In this document: positions 18,213-27,424 of the stretch, one piece after another | Layout of the letters: every line of letters starts with the position of its first letter | Numbering within the stretch: the stretch's first letter is position 1 | Assembly: GCA_002391195.1 (NCBI GenBank) | Contig: DGRZ01000078.1 | Coordinates: 16,681 to 80,680, forward strand | DNA length: 64,000 nt | Reading direction: 5' to 3' | Origin: Fibrobacter sp. UBA4375 | Lineage (GTDB): Bacteria; Fibrobacterota; Fibrobacteria; Fibrobacterales; Fibrobacteraceae | Notes under the pieces: generated by a model | What the model was told of the DNA's origin: nothing | What the model saw: the letters and a program-made list of their open reading frames with translations, nothing else | Databases searched by the model: none | Made by a program: the position numbers and the translations under genes

Positions 18213-18296
18213 TCCGCGTTACTTGGGTACGGATTGCGGCGAGCTTGATTGCTAACCGCATTCCGGCGGGGATCGAGGCCTCGGCGCGGCTTACCA
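18213..18296 (+). ncRNA. tRNA-like cloverleaf element (not a canonical tRNA)
   Basis: Acceptor-like CCGCGT/GCGCGG, mini D arm, long central arm, T-like arm CGGGG-ATCGAGG-CCTCG, ends ACCA. Confidence 0.45.
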
Positions 18297-18322
18297 ACTA
18301 AACCCATAAAAGGAGTAAAAAT

Positions 18323-18574
18323 ATGGAATACAAACTGATTACGCCGGTTACCAAAGCTGACGGCACTAAAATTGAAACCGTGACCGTGAAGGAGTCTTTT
18401 CTTGGTCGTGACGTCCGTACTGTTTCAAACAGTAAGGGTGAAGGAGATGCGCAAATTAAGCTTGTCGCTTGTGCAACGGGTCTTTCTGAAAGCGTTGTCG
18501 ACAATATGGATGCCCGTGACGTCCGCGCTCTCGTGAAGGTAATCAAGCCTTTTTTCGAACCTGGCGAAAATTAG
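18323..18574 (+). CDS. Tail assembly chaperone (Mu gp41/P2 gpE-like)
   Basis: Position between tube and tape measure; TGLS...DNMDARD motif. Confidence 0.85.
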   Translation: MEYKLITPVTKADGTKIETVTVKESFLGRDVRTVSNSKGEGDAQIKLVACATGLSESVVDNMDARDVRALVKVIKPFFEPGEN

Positions 18575-18714
18575 GTCTTGATGACGGTTTTGCGACGTTG
18601 GCGGGGGTTTTTCACTGGTCGTATGATCAAATAATGAACCTTAACGCCGAGGAGTTCAAATTCAGCTTGACAGCAGCTGAAAAATTCACAAAATGGATTA
18701 GTCCGAAAAAGTGA
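18323..18714 (+). CDS. Extended tail chaperone produced by -1 frameshift at T-TTT-TTC (18550-18556)
   Basis: The -1 frame reads ...LAGVFHWSYDQIMNL..EEF..., a P2 GpE'-type motif, and has no start of its own. Confidence 0.8.
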
Positions 18715-18732
18715 CCTGTTGGCCACTTTTTT
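18706..18732 (+). terminator. Putative intrinsic terminator
   Basis: AAAAAGTGACC-TGTT-GGCCACTTTTTT imperfect hairpin. Confidence 0.6.
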
Positions 18733-18827
18733 ATTACAACTTGGAATAATGAAAAGTCGATTTTTGCGCATTTTTTTTTGTTTTTGACATGATTTTTGTA
18801 TATATTGTAGGTGTAGGGAGGCTTAAA

Positions 18828-19289
18828 ATGAAAACGGTAAATGACATGAATGTGGACGTTGTTGGAAAGGCCGTCTCGAAACGCAAAATTTTTACGCTTT
18901 GCGCTGTCATTCCGTTCGTTCTGTTCTTGACCGGTATTTTGGCTCCTGTATGGACCGACAATTTTATTGTCTATGTGTTCGCTTTGCTCCCGTATTATCT
19001 TTATACATTCTATGTGAGTAATGACTGGATTGACGGTAAGCGTCTTTACGACACCAAAATTGGCGAGTGTGCGTCCAGTGTGTGGGTGGTCGGTGTAGCC
19101 GTTTGCGCATTTTTTAGCCTTTTCTTGGCGGTGATGTTTTGGGATCGTCCGGAATCTTTCCTTTATGGGTCTTCCTGGATGGCTTTGGTAAATTGCGGCC
19201 CTGGCTTTGCTTGGGCTTTCTGGGCAATGTTCCTTCATAAAACTCGCTATTCTAGGTGGCCAGTTTTGTTTGCGCCTCCTGCAAGCTGA
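18828..19289 (+). CDS. Multi-TM membrane protein (moron-like insertion)
   Basis: About four hydrophobic segments; own -10 (TATATT) and GGGAGG RBS; interrupts chaperone-tape measure synteny. Confidence 0.7.
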   Translation: MKTVNDMNVDVVGKAVSKRKIFTLCAVIPFVLFLTGILAPVWTDNFIVYVFALLPYYLYTFYVSNDWIDGKRLYDTKIGECASSVWVVGVAVCAFFSLFLAVMFWDRPESFLYGSSWMALVNCGPGFAWAFWAMFLHKTRYSRWPVLFAPPAS

Positions 19290-19349
19290 GTTAAAAAAAG
19301 TTGTTCCCAAAATAAGTTTTTTTTATGGTCGTGCAATTATTTTTGTTGC

Positions 19350-20990
19350 ATGGCCATTTTAAATGTATCTATAAATTTATTGTCTAACAATACATTTGTG
19401 AAGACGTCCAACGGTATCAAGCTACTTAACTCAGAGCTTGGAAAAACGGGCGGAGTGTTAGATAACCTTAAAAATAAAATAGATCTTTCGCAAAAACTGA
19501 CGGGATTGGCTTCGGCGTCGACTCTTTTTTCCAATTTCACTTCTGGCGTGAAACGAGTCGTGGAAGGCTTTGGAAGTCTTGTCGGTGCCGTTGAAACTTA
19601 TGCATCTGAAGGTGACAGGATAGCGAAGACGTCGCGTTTGGTTGGCTTGTCTGTTAAGGATTACCAAGCTTTTGACGATGCTGCGCGGCATGCTGGAATG
19701 TCTACAGAAGAAATGGATGGTGCGCTTAAACGATTCAATGTGAATCTTGGCAGGGCTCGTGCTGGAGATGCGAAGGCTTTTAAGGTTTTTGATTCAATTC
19801 TTGGGGGGCAAGATCTTTCGAAATTCAAGGATTCTACTTCTCTTTTAAAAGAAATTGCCAATGGTTATAATAGACTTGGTTCTGCTGAAGAAAAGGCTTT
19901 TGTTTCGCAAGAATTGTTTGGCAAGTCTGGTCTTAGAATGTCGGAGTTGCTTGGTGAAGGCGGTGAAGCCTTGCAGAAAAAATTGGATTCTGCTAAAGCA
20001 GGGTATTCCGAACAAGGAGCGAAAGATGCTGAAGCATTTAACGACGCTTTGCAAGACGTAAATGGAGCTATCAAGTCTATAAAAATTTCGTTGATGGAAG
20101 ACTTGTTTCCTGTGTTTACGAATTTGTTTAAAACTGTGGAAGGATTTATAAAAGACGACGGGCCTCAAATAAAAAAACAGGTTGGTTTTGTCATTACGTC
20201 TATTTCTGATTTTATTAAAGGGGGGCTTCCTTATATTCCAAAAGTATTGGATGTCATTGTCGGGCTAGTCGATATGATTGGTCCAGGAACGTTGGCAATC
20301 TTGGGTGGCGTTACGGCCATTGTTGGTGCTGTAGTTCCGTTGGTCCCTACGTTGATTGCTGCTGCAGGAGTTATATCAGGTCCTGTTGTGTTGGGTATAG
20401 GCGCAGTAATAGTTGGAATAGTAGCCTGGAAAAATGCGATTTACAGCATTATTGACAATTTAGATTTGCTTAAATCCTTTATTGTCGACGATGTGTGGGG
20501 AGCGATCAAGGATTTTGGAAACCAGTTTATTGCTGTAGCCGGATGGATGTGGGACGGGTTTGTGTCGATTTTTGTTGACCCGTGGCTGAATTTTTTCAAA
20601 GTTTTGCCCGATGCTATTTCGGATCTGTGGGAAGGGTTTAAGACTGGGATTTCTGAAATAGGAAACCTTCTTTATGACACTTTTATTGGCAGTGTAAAGT
20701 CGGCTGTTTCTGGAATAAAATCAATTTTAAAAGGTGTTCCGGTTTTAGGAAATCTTTTTGGAGGCGATGACCAGCCATTAATTAGTGACATTTCGTCGGC
20801 TTCTGCTGCTCCGGAAACTTCGTCCTCTAGCCTTGGGGCTTCTGTTGCCCAGACGGTTCGCGAATCCCGCACGACCACTACCAACCGCTTTGCGGTCGAT
20901 TTCAAAAATATGCCGCGTGGGGTTCAGGTAACTCCGCCAGACCAGGGGGACTTTGACTGGTCCCGTGGCTATGTTCTCGGGGGTGTCTGA
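19350..20990 (+). CDS. Tail tape measure protein
   Basis: DRIAKTSRLVGLSV..YQ...AAR..G, LFGKSG motifs; helical with a hydrophobic middle and Trp repeats. Confidence 0.88.
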   Translation: MAILNVSINLLSNNTFVKTSNGIKLLNSELGKTGGVLDNLKNKIDLSQKLTGLASASTLFSNFTSGVKRVVEGFGSLVGAVETYASEGDRIAKTSRLVGLSVKDYQAFDDAARHAGMSTEEMDGALKRFNVNLGRARAGDAKAFKVFDSILGGQDLSKFKDSTSLLKEIANGYNRLGSAEEKAFVSQELFGKSGLRMSELLGEGGEALQKKLDSAKAGYSEQGAKDAEAFNDALQDVNGAIKSIKISLMEDLFPVFTNLFKTVEGFIKDDGPQIKKQVGFVITSISDFIKGGLPYIPKVLDVIVGLVDMIGPGTLAILGGVTAIVGAVVPLVPTLIAAAGVISGPVVLGIGAVIVGIVAWKNAIYSIIDNLDLLKSFIVDDVWGAIKDFGNQFIAVAGWMWDGFVSIFVDPWLNFFKVLPDAISDLWEGFKTGISEIGNLLYDTFIGSVKSAVSGIKSILKGVPVLGNLFGGDDQPLISDISSASAAPETSSSSLGASVAQTVRESRTTTTNRFAVDFKNMPRGVQVTPPDQGDFDWSRGYVLGGV

Positions 20991-22219
20991 TGGCTTGGCG
21001 TAACGAATATGCAGACTCTCTGCACAAAGTTCTTATCGATACTCCTAGCGGTACTATCGAGTGTGTCGGCGGTTCCTACGCCGGAGTTCCGTTTTTTGTC
21101 GAAGAAACTGCAAGTTCCGGTGGTCGCGAAGTCGTGACCAAGCCGTTGCCTTTTTCTGATAGTTATGTAAACGAAGATGTCGGTAAAAAGGTTCTTTCGA
21201 TTTCTTGCAACATTTACCTGACTGGAGCGGATTGCGAAACCAAGCGCGAACGCTTGGAAGAGGCGTTGAACAAGGAAGGCACTTTCGAGTTCGTTCACCC
21301 GCATTATGGCCGCATGAACGCTCGCTGCACGGCGTACAGTCTTTCTTTCAAAAAGGCTGAGCAGGAATTCATTTCAGGTGAGCTTACGTTTGTTCCGGAA
21401 CAGAATGTCGAGAAACAGGCGCAAAGTGTTGCGGATCTACGCGGGTCGGCAATAGGTAAATCTGATTCGACGTTGAGTTCTTCTAAGTCGATGTTTACCG
21501 AAGTTTTCAGTATTGCGGGCAAGGCGAAATCTGTTGTTGACTCGGTGGCGGCTTCTACCACCAAGATGCTTGACAATATTGAAAATGCGCGTGGTTCTAT
21601 TCGTAGTGTTTCTGCGTTCGTCAATACGCTTTCGAGAATTCGCGAAAACATTCGGCTAATTATGATGTCTCCAGCAGACTTTGCGAATCGTATCCAAAAT
21701 CTGTTGACGTTGACTAAAGAAACGGTGTCTGACGATGACGCTAATGGATACGTAAACGAAAGCCTGATCGTGATGCAATTAATAATGGCTAAGCGAAGAG
21801 GTTCCGCCTATTCTTCGGCGGATGAATTGAGTTCTGAAGTTGACCGATTGGCGCTCATGAGTGCTGCGGCAATGGCGGCCCGATCTGTGGTGGATTGCTC
21901 TTTCAAAAGTGTCGAAGAAGCCCGTGAAATGCAGGATTCGCTCAGTTCTGTTTTTGATGATGCTGCCGAACAGGCCGGTTCTGTCGAAGATTACGCGACT
22001 TTGATGGATCTGCAGGCGACGGCACTCAAGTATTTGCGTGACGAAATGTCGCAACTTGCAGTGGTCGTAGAATTGCCGTTGAACGGGACCAGAGATTTTC
22101 TTTCGGTATGCTTTGATTGTTACGGTAGCCTAGACCGTGTTGACGAAATCCTGGAACGTAACGATGTCGGCGACCCGTTGGTAATGATCCGCGAAAGTTT
22201 GAGGGTGCTTTCCAAATGA
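20990..22219 (+). CDS. DNA circularisation protein (Mu gpN-like)
   Basis: GSYAGVPFFVE...GGR...PF...ED.G...G.F.HP.YG; LysM-like C-end. Confidence 0.9.
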   Translation: MAWRNEYADSLHKVLIDTPSGTIECVGGSYAGVPFFVEETASSGGREVVTKPLPFSDSYVNEDVGKKVLSISCNIYLTGADCETKRERLEEALNKEGTFEFVHPHYGRMNARCTAYSLSFKKAEQEFISGELTFVPEQNVEKQAQSVADLRGSAIGKSDSTLSSSKSMFTEVFSIAGKAKSVVDSVAASTTKMLDNIENARGSIRSVSAFVNTLSRIRENIRLIMMSPADFANRIQNLLTLTKETVSDDDANGYVNESLIVMQLIMAKRRGSAYSSADELSSEVDRLALMSAAAMAARSVVDCSFKSVEEAREMQDSLSSVFDDAAEQAGSVEDYATLMDLQATALKYLRDEMSQLAVVVELPLNGTRDFLSVCFDCYGSLDRVDEILERNDVGDPLVMIRESLRVLSK

Positions 22220-23286
22220 TCGAGGTTTTCGCCAACGGCCGTAAGTTTTCGGAGTGGACGGATGCCCGCGTGGTTCGTTCTCTTGACCATATTGCGGCGT
22301 CTTTTTCGCTCACCTTGGTTGCCAGGAATTCGGATGGCGGCCGTGTGCGTCTTTTCCCTGGGGATTCTGTTGAAGTGGCCGTCAACGGGACTAAGGTGAT
22401 TTCTGGGTTTGTGGACCGTCTTTCAACCTCGTTTTCGGCCGGTTCGCATTCGTTGACCGTTTCCGGAAGCGAATGTTCTGCGGATATCGCCGATTGCTGT
22501 ATTGATAACCCGCTGGAGTGGGAAAACAAGAAAATGGACGAAATTATCCGCATCGTGTGCGCTAATTTTGGCCTTTCGTTTTCGAACCGCATGAGCGTGG
22601 ATGTCGGCGGTCCGTTCCAGAAGTTTTCCGTCGAGCCTGGAGCCAAGGCGCTTGATACGATCACGAAGCTTTGCAGGGAACGCGGAATCCTGTGCTGTTC
22701 CGACGGCATGGGAAAAGTGTATCTGTTAAAGCCTGATTCGTGTCCGCGTGGACCGGCCTTGAAGCAAGGCGAAAACCTGATGGCGGCAAGCGTGGATTTT
22801 TCGCTTGTGGACCGTTTTTCGACCTACACGGTATATGGAACCGGCAAGGCGAAAAAGAAGGTGGTAGCGACTTCTTCGGATTCGGACGTTACGCGAAATC
22901 GCCCGCTAATTGTGGTGGATTCGAACGCTGTCGAAAAGGACAAGGTGCAGGCCCGCGCAGATTGGGAATGTCGTGTTCGTAGGGCTAAATCGATGGGTTT
23001 TCGCGCAACGGTTCACGGCTGGGAACATTCGTCAGGTCTTTGGACTCCTGGTGTGATTTGTTCGTTCGAAGCTCCGGAGCTTTTCGTTGAGACTCCGCTT
23101 GATTTGCTTGTGTCTTCTGTAGAATATTCCTGGGGACCTTCTGGTGAGGTTACGAACTTGACGTTGGTTCCGCCAGAAGTTTTTGAGCCTCAGCCGGAAT
23201 CCAAGAAGGTCAAGGCGGTAAAATCGGCTAAAAGTCCTAAAGCAGATCCGTGGAAGTCTATCAAGAAGGCGGTGCAAGGGAAATGA
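22216..23286 (+). CDS. Baseplate hub (Mu gp44/gpP-like)
   Basis: NG..F..W...RV.RSLD..A..F; RA.WE...R; LW.PG motifs. Confidence 0.9.
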   Translation: MIEVFANGRKFSEWTDARVVRSLDHIAASFSLTLVARNSDGGRVRLFPGDSVEVAVNGTKVISGFVDRLSTSFSAGSHSLTVSGSECSADIADCCIDNPLEWENKKMDEIIRIVCANFGLSFSNRMSVDVGGPFQKFSVEPGAKALDTITKLCRERGILCCSDGMGKVYLLKPDSCPRGPALKQGENLMAASVDFSLVDRFSTYTVYGTGKAKKKVVATSSDSDVTRNRPLIVVDSNAVEKDKVQARADWECRVRRAKSMGFRATVHGWEHSSGLWTPGVICSFEAPELFVETPLDLLVSSVEYSWGPSGEVTNLTLVPPEVFEPQPESKKVKAVKSAKSPKADPWKSIKKAVQGK

Positions 23287-23831
23287 ATTTCGAGTCTTTG
23301 ATTGAACCGTTGATGGCGAAGCTCCGCCTGATGGTGGGCCGTTGCGTGATATCGGCTAGCCGTTACAAAAACGGTGAGCTGTTGGCCGATATTGAGCTTG
23401 TTGCAGGCGAACGACGCCGAAATGTTGAATTTTTGCAGCAGTTCGGTTTTTCGAGTCGCCCCAAAGGTGATGTGGAAGGCGTTGCGCTTTTCATTGGCGG
23501 GTCCCGCGACAACGGTGTGGTTATATCTACTCGGGGCGAATGCCCGGACCTGAAAGAAGGTGAAGTACGAGTACATTCGCCGTTCGGATCCAGCATTACC
23601 TTGAAAAATGACGGGTCTATTGTTTCTGTACCGGCTTCCGGGAAAAAGTTTATTGTGGCGTCTGATTTGCTTGTTCGTGGAAAAATGCTTGGCACTGGTG
23701 ATGTTGTTGCTGGCGTTAATGAAGTTGCCGAAGAAGTTGTTGAAACTGGCGGAATAAGTCTTCAAACGCACATGCATCCGACGGCTGTTGTTGGATCTCC
23801 GAGTACCCCCACGCCCATTGCAGGAGGCTAG
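23283..23831 (+). CDS. Baseplate spike (Mu gp45-like)
   Basis: QQFGFSSRP..D.EGV.LF.GG.R; C-terminal THMH metal-binding motif. Confidence 0.9.
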   Translation: MNFESLIEPLMAKLRLMVGRCVISASRYKNGELLADIELVAGERRRNVEFLQQFGFSSRPKGDVEGVALFIGGSRDNGVVISTRGECPDLKEGEVRVHSPFGSSITLKNDGSIVSVPASGKKFIVASDLLVRGKMLGTGDVVAGVNEVAEEVVETGGISLQTHMHPTAVVGSPSTPTPIAGG

Positions 23832-23834
23832 TAA

Positions 23835-24080
23835 ATGGCTCTCGACAAGTCGGCGCTCAAAGCGTCTCTCATTGAGATAATGAAAACAGACGGAAATACG
23901 CCTGAATCCGCTGCGGATGCGTTGGCAAACGCCATCGATACCTACGTGCGGGGAGCCGAAGTGACGATTACTGCGCTCCCGAACGAAGTGTCTGTGGTTG
24001 GGTCTCCGACTGCACAGGCCAATGCCGTACCGTTAACTTTGAAGGGTGGTGACGCCACGCACACGGGCGGGCTTTCGTAG
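23835..24080 (+). CDS. Hypothetical baseplate-region protein
   Basis: GGAGG RBS; A..LA.AID.YV.. pattern; tight operon spacing. Confidence 0.65.
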   Translation: MALDKSALKASLIEIMKTDGNTPESAADALANAIDTYVRGAEVTITALPNEVSVVGSPTAQANAVPLTLKGGDATHTGGLS

Positions 24081-24140
24081 CTAAAAAATCTTGTGTCAAA
24101 ATCGGCCTTTACTATGTAAGGGCTGTTTATTTTTATTGCG

Positions 24141-24599
24141 ATGAGCGACCTTGCTTTGTATCGCAGAAGTTCTGGTGATTTTGACCTTGCCTTCGATGAA
24201 GTCAAAGGTGATTTGCTGACTTCTGACAGCCTTGAAAATGCTGTCGTGATATCGATTGGAACTTACGCCCGCGAACGTAATCTTGGCAAAGTTGCGAATC
24301 TTAAACCGAATGTCGGTGGATGGTGGGGCGATGCCCTTTCTGAAAAAGGGAATCTTGGCGGGTATCTTTACGAGGCTTTTCCTGGAAAACTGACCGGGGT
24401 GACGGCACGATCGGTTGAAAACCTGATTTCCGAAGCTCTGTCGTGGATGGTTGAGGATGGCGTTGCTAAGTCTGTCGGCTGTAAAGCTGAAGTCGCCGAT
24501 GAAGAAACGATGAATATCACAGTCACTATTCATCGACCTGATGGTAATGACGACGCTTATGCTTACGAAATAAAGTGGATGGCTACTGATGGAATTTAA
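24141..24599 (+). CDS. Baseplate protein (Mu gp46-like)
   Basis: LENAV.ISI.T..R...GWWGD...EAL.W..EDGVA. Confidence 0.9.
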   Translation: MSDLALYRRSSGDFDLAFDEVKGDLLTSDSLENAVVISIGTYARERNLGKVANLKPNVGGWWGDALSEKGNLGGYLYEAFPGKLTGVTARSVENLISEALSWMVEDGVAKSVGCKAEVADEETMNITVTIHRPDGNDDAYAYEIKWMATDGI

Positions 24600-25740
24600 G
24601 AGCTTACAGGAACTTATTCGTATCGTCGAAAATGCTTTGGCGATTCAGTTTTTCGGCCAGTCTACAGTGTTGCGCAAGACCGTGTTGAAGGTTCTTGCGC
24701 ATGTGCTTGGCGGGGCCTTGTACATGGTGATTTTGATTGCGAAACGGATTTGGAAAAATCGCTTCGTTTCTACGTGCGATGTGTCTGCTCTCGAAGGCTT
24801 TGGTACTGAATACGGAATCCCGCACAAGGTGCCGTTAAAATCTTCCGGAACGGCTGCTGTTACTTTGGAAGAAGGTGTTTCTACGGTCACGATTCCGCAG
24901 GGGACTGTTTTGGTCGATGAGGAATCGGGGATTGAGTATGAAGTGCCTAATGATGTTATGGTTGACTCTGAACATGTCGGTATCCCTATTGTTGCGTTGG
25001 ATGTCGGTAAGGACTCTGATCTGGGCGAAGGCGTGCCTTTGACGTTTAGGGATGGTGCAGTTGCTGGCGTCGCCTCTGTTGTGTCCGAGTTGATATCCGG
25101 TGGTGTTGCGGATCCTGTTGAAGTTGATGGTAATATCCAGGTGTGGGGTGAATTGGCGGAAGACTATCGTGCCCGCCTTTTGAATCGCATCCAAAACCCT
25201 GTGCATGGCGGTGCCGCGAACGACTATTATGGTTGGGCGACGAAGTTTTCATTTGTTACGGACGCGTTTATTTTTCCGAATCAGCCCGAAACCAACTCGG
25301 TAAGCGTCGCTTTGGCGAATTATAATTCTGCAAACATCGTGCCGACGGAAGATCAAGTTGCCGAAGTGAAGTCTTATATCGAAGATGATACCCGTAGACC
25401 GGTCACTGCCGATGTGCGTGTGTTTGCGGTGACACCGGTTCCCGTTACGATTACCGCGTCGGTAGCTCCTTACAATCAGTATGTGCGTGAAAGCGTTACG
25501 ACTGCGATTAAACAGTATTTGCAAAAAATGCAACCTGGAACTTCTGTTGATTTCGAAACGTTGCGGTTGCATGTGCTGTCGAACTCTACTGCGAAAAATT
25601 TCTTTATTCAGTCGGTGACGAAAAGCGGTTCCCAGGTCCAGGTGCTCGAAATGGACTTGGATTTCTCTGGTGAAAGTCCGGTTGCCGAAGTTTCGAAAAT
25701 TGAAGCTGGTGGAATCAATCTTCTGAACGGAGATGTGTAG
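24589..25740 (+). CDS. Baseplate J-like wedge protein (Mu gp47-like)
   Basis: GG...E..EDYRARLL.RIQ.P.HGGA..DY..WA; RPVTA. Confidence 0.92.
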   Translation: MEFKSLQELIRIVENALAIQFFGQSTVLRKTVLKVLAHVLGGALYMVILIAKRIWKNRFVSTCDVSALEGFGTEYGIPHKVPLKSSGTAAVTLEEGVSTVTIPQGTVLVDEESGIEYEVPNDVMVDSEHVGIPIVALDVGKDSDLGEGVPLTFRDGAVAGVASVVSELISGGVADPVEVDGNIQVWGELAEDYRARLLNRIQNPVHGGAANDYYGWATKFSFVTDAFIFPNQPETNSVSVALANYNSANIVPTEDQVAEVKSYIEDDTRRPVTADVRVFAVTPVPVTITASVAPYNQYVRESVTTAIKQYLQKMQPGTSVDFETLRLHVLSNSTAKNFFIQSVTKSGSQVQVLEMDLDFSGESPVAEVSKIEAGGINLLNGDV

Positions 25741-26936
25741 TGCTTTCGGTTCAGCAAATAAGTCCGCTGCGTGTAAACCAAGGTGGCTCGGTCTATGTCT
25801 TTGGATCGGGCTTTGATTACAAGTGCAAGGTTTTGGCTGACAACGGGACTCCTTCTCAGATTGCCGAACTATCCATTCTTGATTACGACGAAGCGTATCT
25901 TGAATTTGTTGCGCCGAAAGAATCGGGCTCTTACGATGTGCTTGTCGTTCGCGAAAATATCTTGTTTGGCCGATTTGCGCTTACTGTAGTTGCTCTGCGA
26001 GAATTGAATGTTTGGAATGTTGCTAGGCGTGATAATGTCGTGCGTGACGGCGTTGATTATGAAAATGAAGAATTTCGAAGCGCCCTTTTGGGATTGCTGC
26101 CGCGCGGGTTCGCCTGGTTTAAGGGTAAAGCCGGAAATTGGTGGAAGCTTTTTGCAGGTTTTTCTCTTGGTTTTTCTGCGGTGTACAAAATTTTGTGCGA
26201 CCTTGTCTTTGAATCTAGTCCTGCAAAAACGACGTCCTACGAAACATGGGAACGTGAGCTGGGGTTTCCGATTAAAGGCCTTGAACAGTCTACTGACGCA
26301 AGGCGTCTTGAAGAAATCTTTCGAGTTGCCCGGAAAAAGGGTGGTGCGACCGTTCCGTATTTTAAAAGCCTTGCGGCGCTGTTTGGCTTGCGGGCTGAAG
26401 TGTACGAATACTGGAATCCTGAACATAGGTCTCATTTTGAAGGCGTAGATTTTGGCGGCGATGACCCCAATTTTTACTGGATGATTGCTGTCGAAGGCAG
26501 TGCCGAAGACTGGCATATTTGCACTTGCAACGATGCTTGCAATGACTATCTGCAGGAGTGGAGCAATGTTCCTGCCGAAGCGATGTTTGAAAAGTTAAAA
26601 CCGGCTCACACAAAGCTGCTTTGCTCCTATGTAGATGTCGATATAGAGTTGGTTCTTGTTGATGACCAGAATAACGTTTTAAGGGCATCAAACAATGTCC
26701 CGCTTGTGGCTTCTGTCAGAAGTTCAGACATCGGTTATACAGGTACTATTGAACTTGAGGACGGCACTGTGGTTCGCACGGTCCGCATCAAGGACCTGCC
26801 GGACGGGGCCGACACCAACGGCTACATGGTGCGGGATTCCGATACCGAGGGCACGGTCAAGAGCCGCGCCCTTGACGAGGCGGGGCTTGACGACCTGTGG
26901 AATTCCACGCCTGCGGAAGGCGATGGGGAGGGCTAG
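25740..26936 (+). CDS. Mu gp48/YmfQ-like wedge protein with N-terminal IPT/TIG-like domain and C-terminal extension
   Basis: LLPRG.AW, WERELG.P, YF..LA..FG, KPAHT; N-terminal ISP....GGSVYVFGSGF. Confidence 0.85.
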   Translation: MLSVQQISPLRVNQGGSVYVFGSGFDYKCKVLADNGTPSQIAELSILDYDEAYLEFVAPKESGSYDVLVVRENILFGRFALTVVALRELNVWNVARRDNVVRDGVDYENEEFRSALLGLLPRGFAWFKGKAGNWWKLFAGFSLGFSAVYKILCDLVFESSPAKTTSYETWERELGFPIKGLEQSTDARRLEEIFRVARKKGGATVPYFKSLAALFGLRAEVYEYWNPEHRSHFEGVDFGGDDPNFYWMIAVEGSAEDWHICTCNDACNDYLQEWSNVPAEAMFEKLKPAHTKLLCSYVDVDIELVLVDDQNNVLRASNNVPLVASVRSSDIGYTGTIELEDGTVVRTVRIKDLPDGADTNGYMVRDSDTEGTVKSRALDEAGLDDLWNSTPAEGDGEG

Positions 26937-26942
26937 GCGACT

Positions 26943-27194
26943 ATGGCAACGGAACAGCAGCAGGCAAGGCAGCCGATTGATACCGAGGCGATGAGGGCGC
27001 TCATAGCCAAGATCAAGCGCGAGGTAGGCGACGAGGCCTCGGCAAGGGAAATCGGTGACGAGTTGCTGGCGATGCAGATAGAGGAGGCTTCCGCCCAGAC
27101 CGACTGGGACCAGGGCGACGCCTCCAAGATAGACTATCTCAAGAACAAGCCGACACCCATAACCGACGCGGACATAGACGCTCTTTTCATTTAA
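26943..27194 (+). CDS. Short fibre linker/adaptor protein
   Basis: QTDWDQ.D....DYLKNKP fibre motif; C-terminal ITDADIDALF. Confidence 0.7.
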   Translation: MATEQQQARQPIDTEAMRALIAKIKREVGDEASAREIGDELLAMQIEEASAQTDWDQGDASKIDYLKNKPTPITDADIDALFI

Positions 27195-27203
27195 GGAGTA
27201 AGA

Positions 27204-27413
27204 ATGAAAAAATTATTGAAGGAAATCTTCGGAAAACTCGAATGGGACGACTGGGTATTTGTCGCGATTCCCGCTGTCCTGTTCACACCTGGCGTGATTT
27301 ACGGATTTTGCAACGGAGAAACGGACACGGCTTTAGGGCTGCTTGTCGGCGAGTTGTTCTTTGTGGTTCTCCTGATCCTTGCGACTACACTCCATGACAA
27401 AATGTACGGATAG
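27204..27413 (+). CDS. Small two-TM membrane protein
   Basis: AAGGAG RBS; two hydrophobic segments. Confidence 0.6.
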   Translation: MKKLLKEIFGKLEWDDWVFVAIPAVLFTPGVIYGFCNGETDTALGLLVGELFFVVLLILATTLHDKMYG

Positions 27414-27424
27414 GAGAAAAATTT

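Noticed and set aside
18213-18296. Functional tRNA gene
   Set aside because: No 7-nt anticodon loop, reduced D arm, non-consensus T loop and offset CCA; kept only as tRNA-like
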